DNA of 64,000 bases from Podarcis gaigeae (Eukaryota): NCBI GenBank assembly GCA_964106915.2, contig OZ066917.1; one strand, given 5' to 3'. The position numbers were made by a program, and so were the translations under genes. Position 1 is the first letter of the stretch; the number at the start of each line of letters is the position of its first letter. The notes under the pieces were generated by a model, which was not told the DNA's origin, made no database searches, and saw only the letters and a list, made by a program, of their open reading frames with translations. Positions 23,295 through 36,400 of this stretch are shown here, one piece after another.

Positions 23295-23619
23295 AGTGCT
23301 ATGGAATGATACTACTGTACTGTTTCATAATAGTCTTCATCAGCCAATATTTTCCAACAGAATATGTAAGTAAGATTCATGCTAAGGATCAGTGCTCTCT
23401 AGATAAGAATTGGCAAAAATCACATCCCTGACCCCTTAAGCAGAAACTGGCTGATCACAAGTCTGGATCCACCCCTCTCTGTATAGTTTTGTTTTCATTG
23501 TGCCTAACACTAGTGACTATTGATGACAGCATAAAGCAAAAGAGCAAAATAGCACTATAAATATAGAAAATAACATTTTAAGGACCATTTCTCTGTTTAC
23601 ATAACATGCACCTGTGTCA

Positions 23620-23940
23620 ACCCCTTTTGATCATTTCCCCTGCGATATAAAACTCTCAAAACTGTTTATAGCCAGTTATGCTTCTTGCCTCTCTTTGTAT
23701 CTTTCATAATTCAGGAATAGGTCTTTTAAGATAAGCTGAGCAAAACTAAACCCTGCATTCCAGGAAGAAGCTTATTATTGATTCAAGTAATACTAATAGC
23801 ATTACATTTCTCTTCAGTGTGATTTGTTATTCTGTTCCACATGCATCCCAACGTTTTCAAACCATAGGCACTTTTATTGAATTGTACATGATAATGTTCA
23901 GGTCTTTTTCCTGAGTGACTACAGTTAATTTAGAATCCAG
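23620..23940 (-). mobile_element. Ancient CR1 ORF2 fragment
   Basis: Resembles antisense CR1 coding sequence (CAAAACTAAACCCTGCATTCCAG; TCTTTTTCCTGAGTGACTACAGTTAATTTAGAATCC); heavily decayed. Confidence 0.5.
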
Positions 23941-24675
23941 TAAAAGGAGGAAAGCTCTCCAAGTTTACCAGGCTCCAGGGGGCCCAAGTTAAGGTTAAAT
24001 CAAATAGCAAGGAGCTGAGCATTTAAAAATGGTTATTTTGAAGCAGAGGAAATCCTTGAATAATTCAAGATGTGGAACAGTCTATTATTTGGGTTTGTGC
24101 AATTTATTTTGCTAGCACTAAAAACCTACTTCTTCAGAAAGTGTTAAGTAGCAATTGAATTATTTTGGTGCTAAGGGGGTTGCTCCTGCTGTTTATATAC
24201 ATTATGAAGTCTACAGTGCACTTCCTGTAAGTATGGAGATGCATCTCGGTTTTTGTGAGTGGTGATTAAGAACAAACTTCATGGTTCTCACCTCTGTGAC
24301 CAGTGGGAAGTACTGGGTCATCCATCAACCTTTCTACCTTGGCCTTAAGACACCTGAGCTATATATTTTAGGACTCACTCTGTTCTCTTGGCTGTAAGTT
24401 GTTTTGACTTTTTCAATATTTTTAAATCATTGTAACCTATCCATGGTGAAGGGTGGGTAAGAAATTTAATGAATCAACTGCAACTTGGCAGGTAGGGCTA
24501 TGTTCCTGAATGTGCTCAGGCAGCGCACTCAGACAACAACATTTCAGATACTCAAGCCCCATAGTCTCTTCTCTGAATGTCTGAACATGTCTACTACCTC
24601 TTTGCCCACAGCTCCCCCACACAGTTACAGCACTCCTGAATTCCCAGTCTCTATCCGACCTTCATATGGCTAAGA

Positions 24676-25012
24676 CAGTGGTCCCCAAACTAAGGCCCGC
24701 AGGCTGGATAAGGCCCAAGGGAACTCGTTTATCTGGCCCATGGATACCCTCGCCGCCTGTTGCTGCCATCCGCTCTTACTGGTGCTGTGCTGCGCTGCTG
24801 CTCACTTTTGGGTCGGAGGAACACCGGAAATAGCTTGTGTGCATGTGCAAGAATTATTTCCGGGTCAAAAGAGGCCCGTGCACATGAACACAAGCTATTT
24901 CCGGTGCTCCTCCGACCCAGAAGTGCGCCGGAAATAGCATGTGCCCTCCGGCCCGCCGCGCAATCGGCGCTGGAGACACTGGCCCGAGGAGAGGTAAGTT
25001 TGCTGACCCCTG
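24676..25012. mobile_element. Non-autonomous hAT (Charlie-like) transposon
   Basis: Imperfect TIRs CAGTGGTCCCCAAACT / AGTTTGCTGACCCCTG, subterminal GGCCC repeats, perfect 8-bp TSD GGCTAAGA (24668-24675, 25013-25020). Confidence 0.9.
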
Positions 25013-27185
25013 GGCTAAGACAATCTTTCTCTTTTTTTACCAGTTTTTTCAGTTATTTTTAAATGACCTGTCATTTTAAACTAAAGCTTCTCAAAGTGGT
25101 TAATGAACTGACATTTATTGTAGGTGGACAGATCTCCAGGAAAGCTTTGAATAACAGGATATTGTGGCCCATAAGAATACGTTTTGGAGAGAGAGCATCT
25201 GCCAGTAGTAGCCTGATTCTGCTAGGACTGGAGCAACACATAGTTTAGGACAATATTGCAAAAGGATACTGTTCTATTGATGTGTTATTCCAGGAACTGG
25301 CACACGATTCAAGGAATTTATTGATAATGGCTTTGTAATAACTTTGGAACCACCGTGTTCTGATGCTCAAAACACCACCACACTTAAAAGGAGAATGTAA
25401 GATACAGCAGGTTCTCTCATACCAGTTAATCATAAGTAAAGTTAGTAGAAGAGGCTTCCTATACCTCAGAGTACTGTGAAGACTGAACCTGTATAACAAG
25501 TTGTCCCTGATCAAATTTTATACAGAATCCTTTTTTCACCTTTGCATCACTCTACAGGTCACTATCCATTAAAAGAAAAGAAAAAAACATGTTTCCATCT
25601 CAGATCCTCTTTTACTGATGACTGCAGTACTATACACATCCAAAGTGAGAACTGTATTAGTTTTGTGGCCACAGGGCTCTAGTTTCAAAAGCCAGGTATT
25701 ATTTTTTTACCCTTCATTGGAGTTGCTCTGAGGGATATACCGGTAAATGTGCTCCTAGGCAGCCTCAGGCCCATACTTATGCTCAGGCCCGTATACTTTG
25801 CACCATTCCCTCAGTCTCCCTCATCTATATATATAAGCACAAATAACAAATTATGTTCTGGAAGACCTCAGTGCTAGGTGTTAACTTCTTATAAGATCTC
25901 TCTGGTTTGTGAAAAGCTTGTTGCTTTACCATCTCCTTCTGCAGGGGGCATCATTTGCATATTTTTTCCCCCAGTAAACTATTATACACAAGAATCCAAC
26001 ATCTCTTTTATATATATGATTTCCTCATCTTTCCCTTCCTCTCCCAGGATGCTGTGATGCAAGGTTTAATCAGTGACATCCCACACTGGTTACTCCCCAA
26101 GGTTAACAATGTTTATTTTAATATCAAACTTCAGACCTGTACTGTTAAATTGATGCAAATAGGATTACAAGGATCTGACTTCTTGAAAGCTTCAATCTTC
26201 ATTTTCTTAGCTCCAAGCTGAATGCATCTACCATGGGAAAGTCAAGCTGAGACTCATTTGAAATGTGCGCGCGCACACACAGAAAAAAGATGTCTTTCTT
26301 TGTGAGTGCGTAAGAAATAAAAAAATATATTTTTACCTAAAGAAAGATATCTCTTTGATTTACTGCAGATACCTGACTTTTACCTTTATTGTTTACTAGC
26401 TAACTGTTACCTCACCCGCCCTCAACCCCTTCAATGAATAATTACAAGACAAATATAGAACCTATAATACCTTCACATCTTTTGCCCTTAGAAGTATAGA
26501 ATGTGAGAAATTTCACTGCTGGAAACTCAGTAGCACTTCATAAGTATAGTGTGAGTTTGTGCAATATAACAACAATGAAAGTATTCCAACAACCAGAAAC
26601 AAGTGACAACCTGAAAAACAATGGTTGATATAACCCCACAAAATGGCTCTGGCCAATAGGAATACCTACATCAAAACGATTATGCTTCAGTGACCACCTT
26701 TATGTACACATTAGGTATTCTGCAGTAAAAGCAGAGCTGCTGCCTTACTTTATATTGTCATGACAAAGGCAGTTTTAGGGCAGTGGATTTAGGGCAGTGT
26801 TACCGTTTTTGCCACACTGGATGCCGAGCCTAGGAGGTGCTGCAGGTGATTGCAACTATGATGTAGTGAATTGAGCAGAAAGGCAGGGGGGGCACTGAAT
26901 TTTGGCCTCACACAGGGTGCTGCTGAAATTTGAAAGACCAAAGTCTGTCCATGACCATGTTATATCCAATATGGTGCTGTTGCGTTAACTACCCTAACCT
27001 GACATGCTGTAAAACATAGCTGGACACTGTAGAATAATATATTTTTGTATCAACATACAATTGTGTACTACAGAGAGACCTCATCTGCTTCTGTTTTTTC
27101 CTGTTTAGGAATTTGGTAAATATTAAATTAGGACCTGACATATTGAGAACTACAAATGTAATTTGAGAAATCTATAGCCATCTTA

Positions 27186-27370
27186 AGGCACTTGATTTTC
27201 ATGTGAAAGAAGCACACAAACCGGGGTGAGAATGCAGCGTTCTGCCCTCTGCCACCACACCCATCACTCTCTGTGAGTGGCGTGGGATGGGCAGTGGAGG
27301 GCAGAGTTTGGCAAGCTCACTCCCTGCTCTGCCTGTCTGCATATTGCTTCTACATGTGACTAGAATGCCT
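27186..27370. mobile_element. Decayed palindromic MITE
   Basis: Imperfect terminal inverted repeats (AGGCA..CATGTGAAAGAAGCA / TGCTTCTACATGTG..TGCCT) and central inverted CTGCCCTC/GAGGGCAG. Confidence 0.4.
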
Positions 27371-29344
27371 ATAAGAGACTAATTGGACAAAATGGGCAAT
27401 GCATTGCTCTCTAGATTATACAATTGACTATAAAAACCTTTTAGAATCAAATATTACATTTATTGTTACTTATAGTTTATCATGAATTAAAGATCTTAGC
27501 AGAGAACTCCTTAATGAAGGAAAATGAAAAATAGAAATTTGCATGCTACCATGTGTTTGCTTAGTACAAAAATAAGAATTAGTATGAGATTCTTACAAGG
27601 TATTCTTTGATTCCATGAAGAATCAAACAGTTATTATGCCTGGCCACATCACATACATGCATATATCAGGGTTTGAGGGGGCAGATAGAGGTAATTTGGC
27701 AGATTACTTTGATACACATACATATAATCTATTTCTAATGTCCTATGAAATCAGAGAATTAAAATGCATATCACTAGTACATTCAGAAATGTATAGAATG
27801 TTGGAAAGGTGTCGTATGAAAAAATATTTGCTATTCAGATGCTATTTAAATAACCCATTAGATTTGTGTGTTTTTAAACTTCATATTTCTAATCTATCTA
27901 TGAGATTTTGATATATATATTATTGGCATATATCTCTCTGTGTGAATAAGATAAAAAAGAAAGATAAAACTCACAGCAGCTAAGTGTCATGTTGAAAAAT
28001 AAAAAAAAATGTCACTCATCTCATGAAAGAACACACGTCTCTAGTGGACATTAAGAATTCATTCCTGCAGCGGGTCTGGAGTAACTGAATTCCTTCAGCT
28101 GTATGGGGGAAGGCTCTGTTATGTTTCCATAAATATCTTTTGACTCATTCTCTCCCAGACATCATTCAAGCATGATAGGATGTCTCAAATCTAAATTGGG
28201 TGGGTGGCAGAATTAAACACACTCTATTTATCCTCAAATACCTATTCTTCAGTCAGCTATAGAACTGAAATAAGCCCCCCCCCCCCAATTTCCTAAAGTT
28301 TCCTTTTAAAAAAATTAATGAGGTTCAGGAAACTAGGGCAGAAACCTAAAAGGATGTGTTTCAGAATATATCTTAAATCAGAAGTAGGCCACAGGTGCCA
28401 AGACACTGCCCTGAAAATTTGTACACTCTCTAAATCAGCTTATGGGCTGAACAGATACAGGAGGTGAGTCTCATGTTGCCTATAACTCTTCTAACTGAAA
28501 ACCCCATTAGAAAACTCATGGGACTTTAAAACTTCTGAATGTAGGTGGGGAGGTGGTTCCACATTTGAATTCAACAGGGCACTATTACAAACAGATGGAA
28601 TGGTCCCACTTTCCCTCCACATTGTTCTGGGGGATTCTCCCAGCCCCCTCAGAGCCAATTTGAGGGGCTAAAGAGGAAAAGCCCCATTGTGGAAGTGGGA
28701 ATCATTAGGTGAACCCCCCACTATGCAATAGACAGGCATGACTTGGCTAAAACCAAGTGCTCAGGAGGTGGGCCTTCTTAGTTTTAATAAGGGCCCCCAG
28801 CCTTCCACCCATAATGGAAGCATTGCTATTTCATGAACTGAACCCATGCTGCTAGGGCAGCATCTGAATGATGCAACAATTTGAGTGAGCTTGATCATGT
28901 GCGGTTTTCTCCATGGACCTGGAAAGTGGGGCACCACTGATTCCCTGGATTCAATTCAACACACAACTGCCCACATGTCTAGCCCTCTTTAGACACTGCA
29001 GCACTCTCGATTAAGGCAAACATGAGAATAGGGACTGGGGCGGGCTGAGTAGCCCTGCCTTTGACATCACAAACAGTGATTAGCCCTTCTCCATACTGTT
29101 TGCATGCACAGCGGAAACAACTGCAAGGAGGCTGCTTTTGCACATAGATGTTACATGAAAAGGCTTTGTTACAATCGGGAACCCAATCTACCAGCGGAAT
29201 CCAGGACAAACAGAAGCCTTTGCATGTACAGCTACCCATGCAAAGGCTCACTCCTTGAAAATGTTCATGTTGTATGTGTGGATGCTATTTGGCATTTATA
29301 ATGTGGGAGGTGGGCTATTGAGCATGGTCCCTATTTATAATACC

Positions 29345-29412
29345 CAGTGTTTTTCTTCTAGAATAATGGTGTTGGTACTGCAAATCCGGAGTACACCCAG
29401 AAAAAAGCACTG
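29345..29412. mobile_element. Minimal 68-bp hAT MITE
   Basis: Ends CAGTGTTTTTCTTCT / AGAAAAAAGCACTG; 8-bp TSD ATAATACC (29337-29344) / ATGATACC (29413-29420), one mismatch. Confidence 0.65.
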
Positions 29413-29457
29413 ATGATACCTAAACAGGGCTTGTGTGCTATTCAGATGCAACCCCTA

Positions 29458-29460
<3 letters not shown>

Positions 29461-29496
<36 letters not shown>

Positions 29497-29680
29497 TTAT
29501 TCATATCCTGCCCTCCCCAGTCGAAGCCAGGCTCAGAGCGGCTAACAACAATAAAAGTAACACAGCATTCTAATATCAATTCATTTTAAAATCAAATCAG
29601 AATCAAATTAATGGCAACCATTGGGCTAGAGTTCTATGAGGATTACCAAAGGAGGGGGTCAGACTGTGCCTTGGCCAAAG
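29461..29680 (-). mobile_element. L2 LINE 3' end with (TTA)n tail
   Basis: (AAT)n run followed by TTTATTCATATCCTGCCCTCCCC...GGCTCAGAGCGGCTAACA, the antisense of the squamate L2 3' stem-loop. Confidence 0.7.
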
Positions 29681-30765
29681 ATCAACTCATGTAGATCAAC
29701 TCATGGAAAAGTGATTCTTTTCACACAGCTGGAGGTGCTTCTAAAGAGTATCTTAATGCAGGTGATAATGGCAAGTACAGATGCTCAAAAGCTTGAAATA
29801 ACTATATCAGATGTCCGAGGTTTGAAGATTATTACCCTAAAAGTAACTTTGGAACTGACTTGCACTTGTTTGCTTATACAGTACTGCCCAACAATAGTAA
29901 CAGGATTTTAATATCCTAGTAATTCAGACATCAAGAACAGTGTTTGCAACACTTTGAGGGTAAAGAAAAGCCAGATGTTATATAAAATATTAATGACTGA
30001 AGTCTCAATAATGTGAATCAGGATACTTTCACTTCTGTGGCAGTACATTTTGATTTCAAGGCTCAAGTCGTTTTTGATCATCCTCTTTTGGATTCCCAGT
30101 ACTATTCATTTGAGTCTTTCAGAATCTGGTCAGTTTATTCTCTCAGCATTTTTACTGGATGTTAGTCTTTCTCTCTCTCTCCCTCATTCAAAAGGCTTTC
30201 ACAAACTCTGTTTCGTCCATAATTGCCTCTCTCAAATGATTTTCCCTCCTCAATGATTTCTCATTAAGACAGAGGGACTCAAATGAGCTAATTAAAATAG
30301 GTTTTATTGTAAAAAAAAAAAAAAGGAGAAAATTCTTCACACGAGCTAGCATGCATCTCAGTAAATGTTAACTGACAAATATAATTGTGCTCCTTCAGGG
30401 AGTAAGCAGTATACTTTTCAAAGTAGCCCATCATTTCTAACCAGCTTGTCATGTTTTCACACATACTTTGGCTGGTAGTCCTGTCAAACAAAACCCAGAT
30501 TTCTTCTATGCAACAGGAGCAGCAAAGAAAGAGTAGACAAGAGCAGACCACCATTGCATCTAAATCTGGTTCCATACAATCATTAGGACACATTAACTTC
30601 TGTCAGGTGTTAATGTAGGGTAGTGGTTCTCAAACTGTGGAATACCCTCCTACGAGCCTCTTTTAATATATTAACTGCTAACATATCATGTAAAATGACA
30701 TATGATTTCTCTGTTTTTCCCTTTTCTCTCCAAAAACCAATTTTCCCACTTCTAAATCAGAAACA

Positions 30766-31121
30766 GGGATGCGGGGGCGCTGTGGGTTAAACCACAGAGC
30801 CTAGGACTGGCTGATCAGAAGGTCAGCAGTTCGAATCCCTGTGACAGGGTGAGCTCCCGTTGCTCGGTCCCTGCTCCTGCCAACCTAGCAGTTCGAAAGC
30901 ACATCAAAGTGCAAGTAGATAAATAGGTACCACTCCGGCGGGAAGGTAAATGGTGTTTCCATGCACTGCTCTGGTTCTCCAGAAGCAGCTAAGTCATGCT
31001 GGCCACATGACCCGGAAGCTGTACGCCAGCTCCCTTGGCCGATAAAGTGAGATGAGCGCCGCAACCCCAGAGTCGGCCACGAGTGGACCTAATGGTCAGG
31101 GGTCCCTTTACCTTTACCTTT
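30766..31121 (+). mobile_element. Sauria/Squam1-type SINE, full length
   Basis: tRNA-derived head (GGCGCTGTGGGTTAAA; GTTCGAATCC), conserved AAGTAGATAAATAGGTACC core and (ACCTTT)n tail. TSD TAAATCAGAAACA (30753-30765, 31122-31134). Confidence 0.92.
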
Positions 31122-31238
31122 TAAATCAGAAACAGGACAAAAAACAACTGGGTTCAGTGCTGCTTGCAGTTATAGCTTTTGTGTTCACAGTTTTGCTTCC
31201 TGTCTCCTAAGGTTCCTTTTCTAATTCCTCTACCTGTG

Positions 31239-32986
31239 AGAAAGTGAAATATTTGGGGATTAACATGACATCTAAGAATGTGAACTTATTTAAAGATAAC
31301 TATGATAAATGTTGGAGATAAAGAAAGATCTAGAAATATGGTCAAGTTTGAGACTCCTTGTTAGGCCGAATTGCTGTAATTAAGATGAATGTATTGCCTA
31401 GAATGTTATTCCTGTTCCAAACATTACAGATTGTGGATAGAATGGACTGTTTCAAGAAGTGGCAGAAAGATATATCTAAATTTGTCTGGCAGGGCAAAAA
31501 GCCCAGAATAAAATTTAAAATATTAACTGATGCAAAACATAGAGGGGGGTTTGCCCTGCCGGACTTAAAATTGTACTATGAATCGGCAGCTTTCTGCTGG
31601 TTGAAAGACTGGCTACTTCTTGAGAATACAGACATTTTGGATTTGGAAGGGTTTGATAACAGATTCGGTTGGCATGCATATATATGGTATGACAAGGTAA
31701 AAACTCATAAAGGATTTAAAAACCATATTGTCAGGAAAGCACTATATAATGTTTGGATTCGATATAAAGATTTGCTGGAAAATAAAACCCCTAGGTGGTT
31801 GTCACCAATGGAAGCTAAGGAGGTGAAAAAACTTAATATGGAATCGAAATGGCCAAAATATTGTGAAATAGTGGAGCAAGAGAGTGGAAAAATCAAATTA
31901 CAGAATTTGGAGAAAATGAAGTCCAAGGTACGAGATTGGCTTCATTACTATCAAATAATGGAAGTGTTCAAACAAGACAGGAAAATTGGCTTCCAGGTGG
32001 AGAGATCAAAATTAGAAACAGAACTGTTAGAACCCAATACTAAGAATTTGTCAAGAATGTATAACCTGCTGTTGAAATGGAATACACTAGATGAGACAGT
32101 TAAACCAACTATGATTAAGTGGGCACAAGACATTGGTCATGATATTATGTTTGCTGACTGGGAACAGTTATGGACCACCGGCATAAAATTTACGGCATGT
32201 AATGCCTTAAGAGAAAATATTATGAAAATGATTTACAGGTGGTACATGACCCCAGTCAAGCTTGCAAAAATTTATCATTTGCCCAATAACAAATGTTGGA
32301 AATGTAATGAGACTGAAGGTACCTTCTATCACCTTTGGTGGACTTGCCCGAGGATTAAAGCCTTCTGGGAAATGATCTATAACAAAATTAAGAAGGTGCT
32401 TAAATGTACTTTTCATAAGAAACCAGAGGCATTTCTCCTGGGCATAGTCGGCCAACTGGTGCCTAAGAAGGACAGGACGTTTTTTATGTATGCCACCACA
32501 GCAGCAAGGATTCTCTTAGCAAAGTATTGGAAGACACAAGAACTACCCACACTGGAAGAATGACAGACGAAGGTGATTGACTATATGGGACTTGCGGAGA
32601 TGACCGGCAGAATCCGTGACCAAGAAAAAGAGACGGTGGAAGAAGATCGGAAGAAATTTAAAGTATATCTTAAGAACTGTTGTAAAACTGAAGAGTGCTA
32701 AAATGTCAAGGGAAAAGAAAATATTGAATTATAGCTACAATTGATTAAGTATGAGAAGAAGCTAAAAAAAAAAAAGTAATTAGACAATTGGTGTGAGGAG
32801 TTGTTGGAAAAATCTTAAAATAGGGATGCAGAAAAGGGGAGGTAAGGGGAAGTCTGGGAAGTAAGGTCTATGAAAATGAGGTTTGAAATTATACATGTTT
32901 ATATGTTTTGTTTGTTTATGTACTGTGTCTTGTTTTGTTTTTAAATCTGTGTTGAAAAAACCAATAAAAAGTTATTTAAAAAAAAA
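31239..32986 (+). mobile_element. 5'-truncated L1-clade LINE
   Basis: 13-bp TSD TCCTCTACCTGTG (31226-31238, 32987-32999), AATAAA at 32963 followed by an A tail. Begins at the RT motif VKYLGI. Confidence 0.93.
31358..32563 (+). pseudogene. L1 ORF2 C-terminal region (post-RT, CCHC zinc knuckle), truncated
   Basis: GRIAVIKMNVLPR, FVWQGKKPRI, GGFALPD.KLYY and CWKC-x8-H-x4-C motifs. Frameshifts upstream, and a TGA at 32561 where a Trp codon is expected. Confidence 0.9.
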
Positions 32987-33134
32987 TCCTCTACCTGTGC
33001 TTGACCACTTCCATTTGTCCCTCTACTCTTAATCACTGACCCGTGTTAAAAAGTACATTTAAGAACATCAGTCACTCACAAACTCGTGCTCCAGCATCCC
33101 TTCTGCTAAAGGGTAAGAGGGAGAGTCAGTTTTA

Positions 33135-33494
33135 GGGAAGCACCATAGCTCAGTGGTAGAACTCATGCTTAGCATGCTAAAGGTCTCCGGTTCAATCCCT
33201 GGCATCTCCAGGTAGTAGTAGTATTAGCAGTACTAGTAATTTATTTTTTATACCCCGCCCATCTGGCTGGGTTTCCCCAGCCGCTCTGGGCAGCTTCCAG
33301 CAAAATATTAAAATACATAATTCATCAAATATTAAAAGCTTCCCTAAACAGGGCTGCCTTCAAATGTCTGGTAGGGTTGGAAAGGGTTGGAAACATACTG
33401 TTTGAAACTATGAGCAGCCATTGCAGGTTAAGTGTTGAAAATAAAAAGCTAAATGGACCAATGGTCTAACTTCATTTAAGGCAACTCCTTATGC
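33135..33494 (+). mobile_element. Squam3-type tRNA-derived SINE, interrupted by an L2 fragment
   Basis: A box TAGCTCAGTGG, B box GGTTCAATCCC, then GGCATCTCCAGGTAG and a CR1-like tail TGGACCAATGGTCT..TAAGGCAACTCCTTATG. Confidence 0.8.
33216..33369 (-). mobile_element. L2 LINE 3' end inserted in the Squam3 SINE
   Basis: CCCTAAACAGGGCTGCCTTCAAATGTCT is the antisense of the L2 end at 61710-61738. GGTAG is duplicated at 33211-33215 and 33370-33374. Confidence 0.8.
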
Positions 33495-36400
33495 CCCAAT
33501 ACAGCCCCAACATTCTTGATCTTCAGAGACAGTTTAAGCTCAAAAAATACATCTTCCACAGTTCCCTAACCAAACCTTAAGAGGTGGGTGGGATGAGAGA
33601 TACAAGATGGTCTTCCATCATTACCAACTTCTTCAAAGTAAATCCATTGCTAAGAGAAAGGATAACCGTGCCCAAAGAAGGGCTAAGAGAGTTTCAGTTC
33701 TGGGTCTGGGACTGAATTTCCTTAGCAAAGTTAAGAATTCTGTAAAAATAAATAAATAAATAAATCTGCTCTTTGTATTCAGCAGCCTTCCTCAACCGGG
33801 TGTCCTGAGACATGTCAAACTCCCATTGTGGCAAGCCTGCAGATATCTGTCAATTGTATACATCAATCGTATAATGTTGCCAGTAAGTGCAAACAAGTGA
33901 TACAGTAAGAAGAGATCTTTGAAGGCTTCTTTTTCATGTTGACCATGAGGAAGGCCTTAACAACCACAGGCTGAAACTTGCTGAGCTATTGTTTTAAAAA
34001 ACAAAATCCTCATTTTGTCGGCATCTTGCGATATCATTTCCTTTGTTTAGGATTCGTTTTGGATGCTTACCAGCTTTTGCATTTATTTATTTTTTGGTAT
34101 ATATTACTTGCCACTTAAATCAGATAAACCTAGATATTCAATAATTCTGCAGAGATGTAGCACTATAAAAATAGAGGCATAATAAAATTATCAGTATAGG
34201 CACTACCATTCTACAAATAATAAAGAATAATAAATAGCATCTAATCGTTATAATTGGACTTTATTTGTTCAGCTACCTTGCCTTTGCAGTTTTCATGCAC
34301 CCTATTACTTTCCCTCCTGTCACAGAGGCTTAGCTGTGTTTGTACTTCTTCCTTGCTCTGCTCTTCCTCCTTCTGTTGAAATTCCACAGCTCTTTTTGCT
34401 GGGCCTCTACAGGTTGGTTAATAAAGAGCAGTAAAAATTATGACTTAGATAGTACTGGCCAGTTGTGTGTTAATGAATCCAGAGACAATACAAGCCCAAT
34501 TCAAAGGCAACATAAAACTCAACCTATTTTCAACTAGTGATTCTACCAGGATGTTATTTTTCTCAAGGTATGGAGCCAGGGTAGTACTAACCAGGTCTCT
34601 TGATTTATCAACACTCTCCAATGTTGTGAAACACAGTGAGACTATAGATGATCATCTGTCTCTCCCTTTCCATTCCTATTAAAGCTAAATCTCTTGCATC
34701 CTTCTTTGGGAGTAAATCCCATTGGCACTCATTTTCACATAAATGTGCACAGGATCAGCGATTCTCCATCTTACCATTTCACTGCCAAAAGTACTGGAAA
34801 AACCAAATGGATGTTAACTTTGCATGCAGTTCTAGCCTACTTTCCCTTGTGCATTATAAAATGCCAGTAATCATTCTCCCCCCCCCCCAAGAAAAAAAAT
34901 CATTCATTTAATCTAAGTTTTTCATTTCAACAACATATTTCAGAGAAAGTCTAAAATATTTATGTAATCCAATATTTTGAAAATAGGGAGGGATACATTA
35001 TTGTTCCTTGAAACAACAGAGGATACAAATGAGATAAATTGTATACTAAAAAGCTGCTTATTTTATGCCTTCATTCCCATTTGCTTGTTCTGATCCCTCT
35101 ACCTGTGCCCATGTTTGCAGCATTACCTCGCATGGCACTCATTAAGCAGGACAGTGTCTGGACTAGCTGAAGTCTATTTCCTTCAAACTCCAGCAACTTT
35201 AGCATTTCATGACTTGAAGGTTTGACTTCAAGCTTGACAGGGTTTTTGAAAAATTATTACCATTATTTTTATAGAAATCAGCTTGCACATTAGGCAGCTT
35301 AACCCAAGCCTTTGATGCTGTATTTTGTATATAATCAACTGCTAGCTCCACCTAGTGTTGTAATAATGCAGTCCAAAGTTCACACACTTCTTGACAAAAT
35401 GTAAGCAAACTATAAAATCACTATTTTCAATTAGATGGCGACAGCCTTCTATTATCTTTACAAAAGCAAAATCAGAAGCATGCACTTTAGCAACTTGAAA
35501 GAAAATGCTATGAATTTGGAAAATAGGCGCAAGGAAAGAGAATACACCTGCTGCATCCTTAGAGATATTCAAGCCTGCCTAAAGAGCATTTGAATTTTAT
35601 TAGGATATTATTAGTTCAATCGCTGAACAAGTTTGTATACTGAAAATTAACAACCTTTATATTTTTTCTGTGCACTTTAAAATTCACATCTTTAAATTCA
35701 AGGAAATAAGCTGAAATGCTCAAAATGGCTAAAACCAAGTTTGTCGTCATAATTTGTACCTGGCAAATACCAAGTTACTAATTTTTGCCTGGTTTTAGAA
35801 TAACACCACTTTAATATCAAGCTGCTCCCTTTATCTATACAAAAGTATATTCAGATGCCATTTAAAACATCAATCATGTTTGCAGCCAATCACTGAACTT
35901 GACGTTAGCACGAACATACAGATATGATATTTAAATGAAAGTACTGAGGTGTTAGCTGATGAGATATCAGATTGCAAATGTCTAACAAACTCACATATAC
36001 ATTTTATCTAACTTAGGTATTCTTATTATTACAGAGTTTATTTCAGCCCACTTTTTAATAAGCTTACTTTTTAATGTGAGCAAACATTATTTCCACAAAG
36101 CAGGAAACTGGCAATTAATTAATCATTCTTTCCCAATAAGGTATAAACAGCAAGACTCAACCTTGTACAGGTGATCAGGATGAATCATGCATGTTGCTAT
36201 AATATTGCTCACTAGGAATGAGGGAAGAGGGGTGAAGGGAAATGATACATGGAGCTGAGAGACTGTTTTTTCACATAAACTCAAAACTTTCTAACAAAGT
36301 CACCTGAAACTTTGGCTTATTGCTCACCTATGCTAACAAAACAACAATCCAGCAACTGAATAATGAACATTACAGACTGGAAGATAATTATTTGGAATAT

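Noticed and set aside
31358-32563. 401-aa ORF as a host or domesticated gene
   Set aside because: It lies inside a TSD-flanked, 5'-truncated L1. It has no true start, upstream frameshifts and a premature stop.
33135-33210. tRNA gene
   Set aside because: A and B boxes are present, but the acceptor stem does not close and the sequence continues into a Squam3 body and tail, so it is a SINE head.
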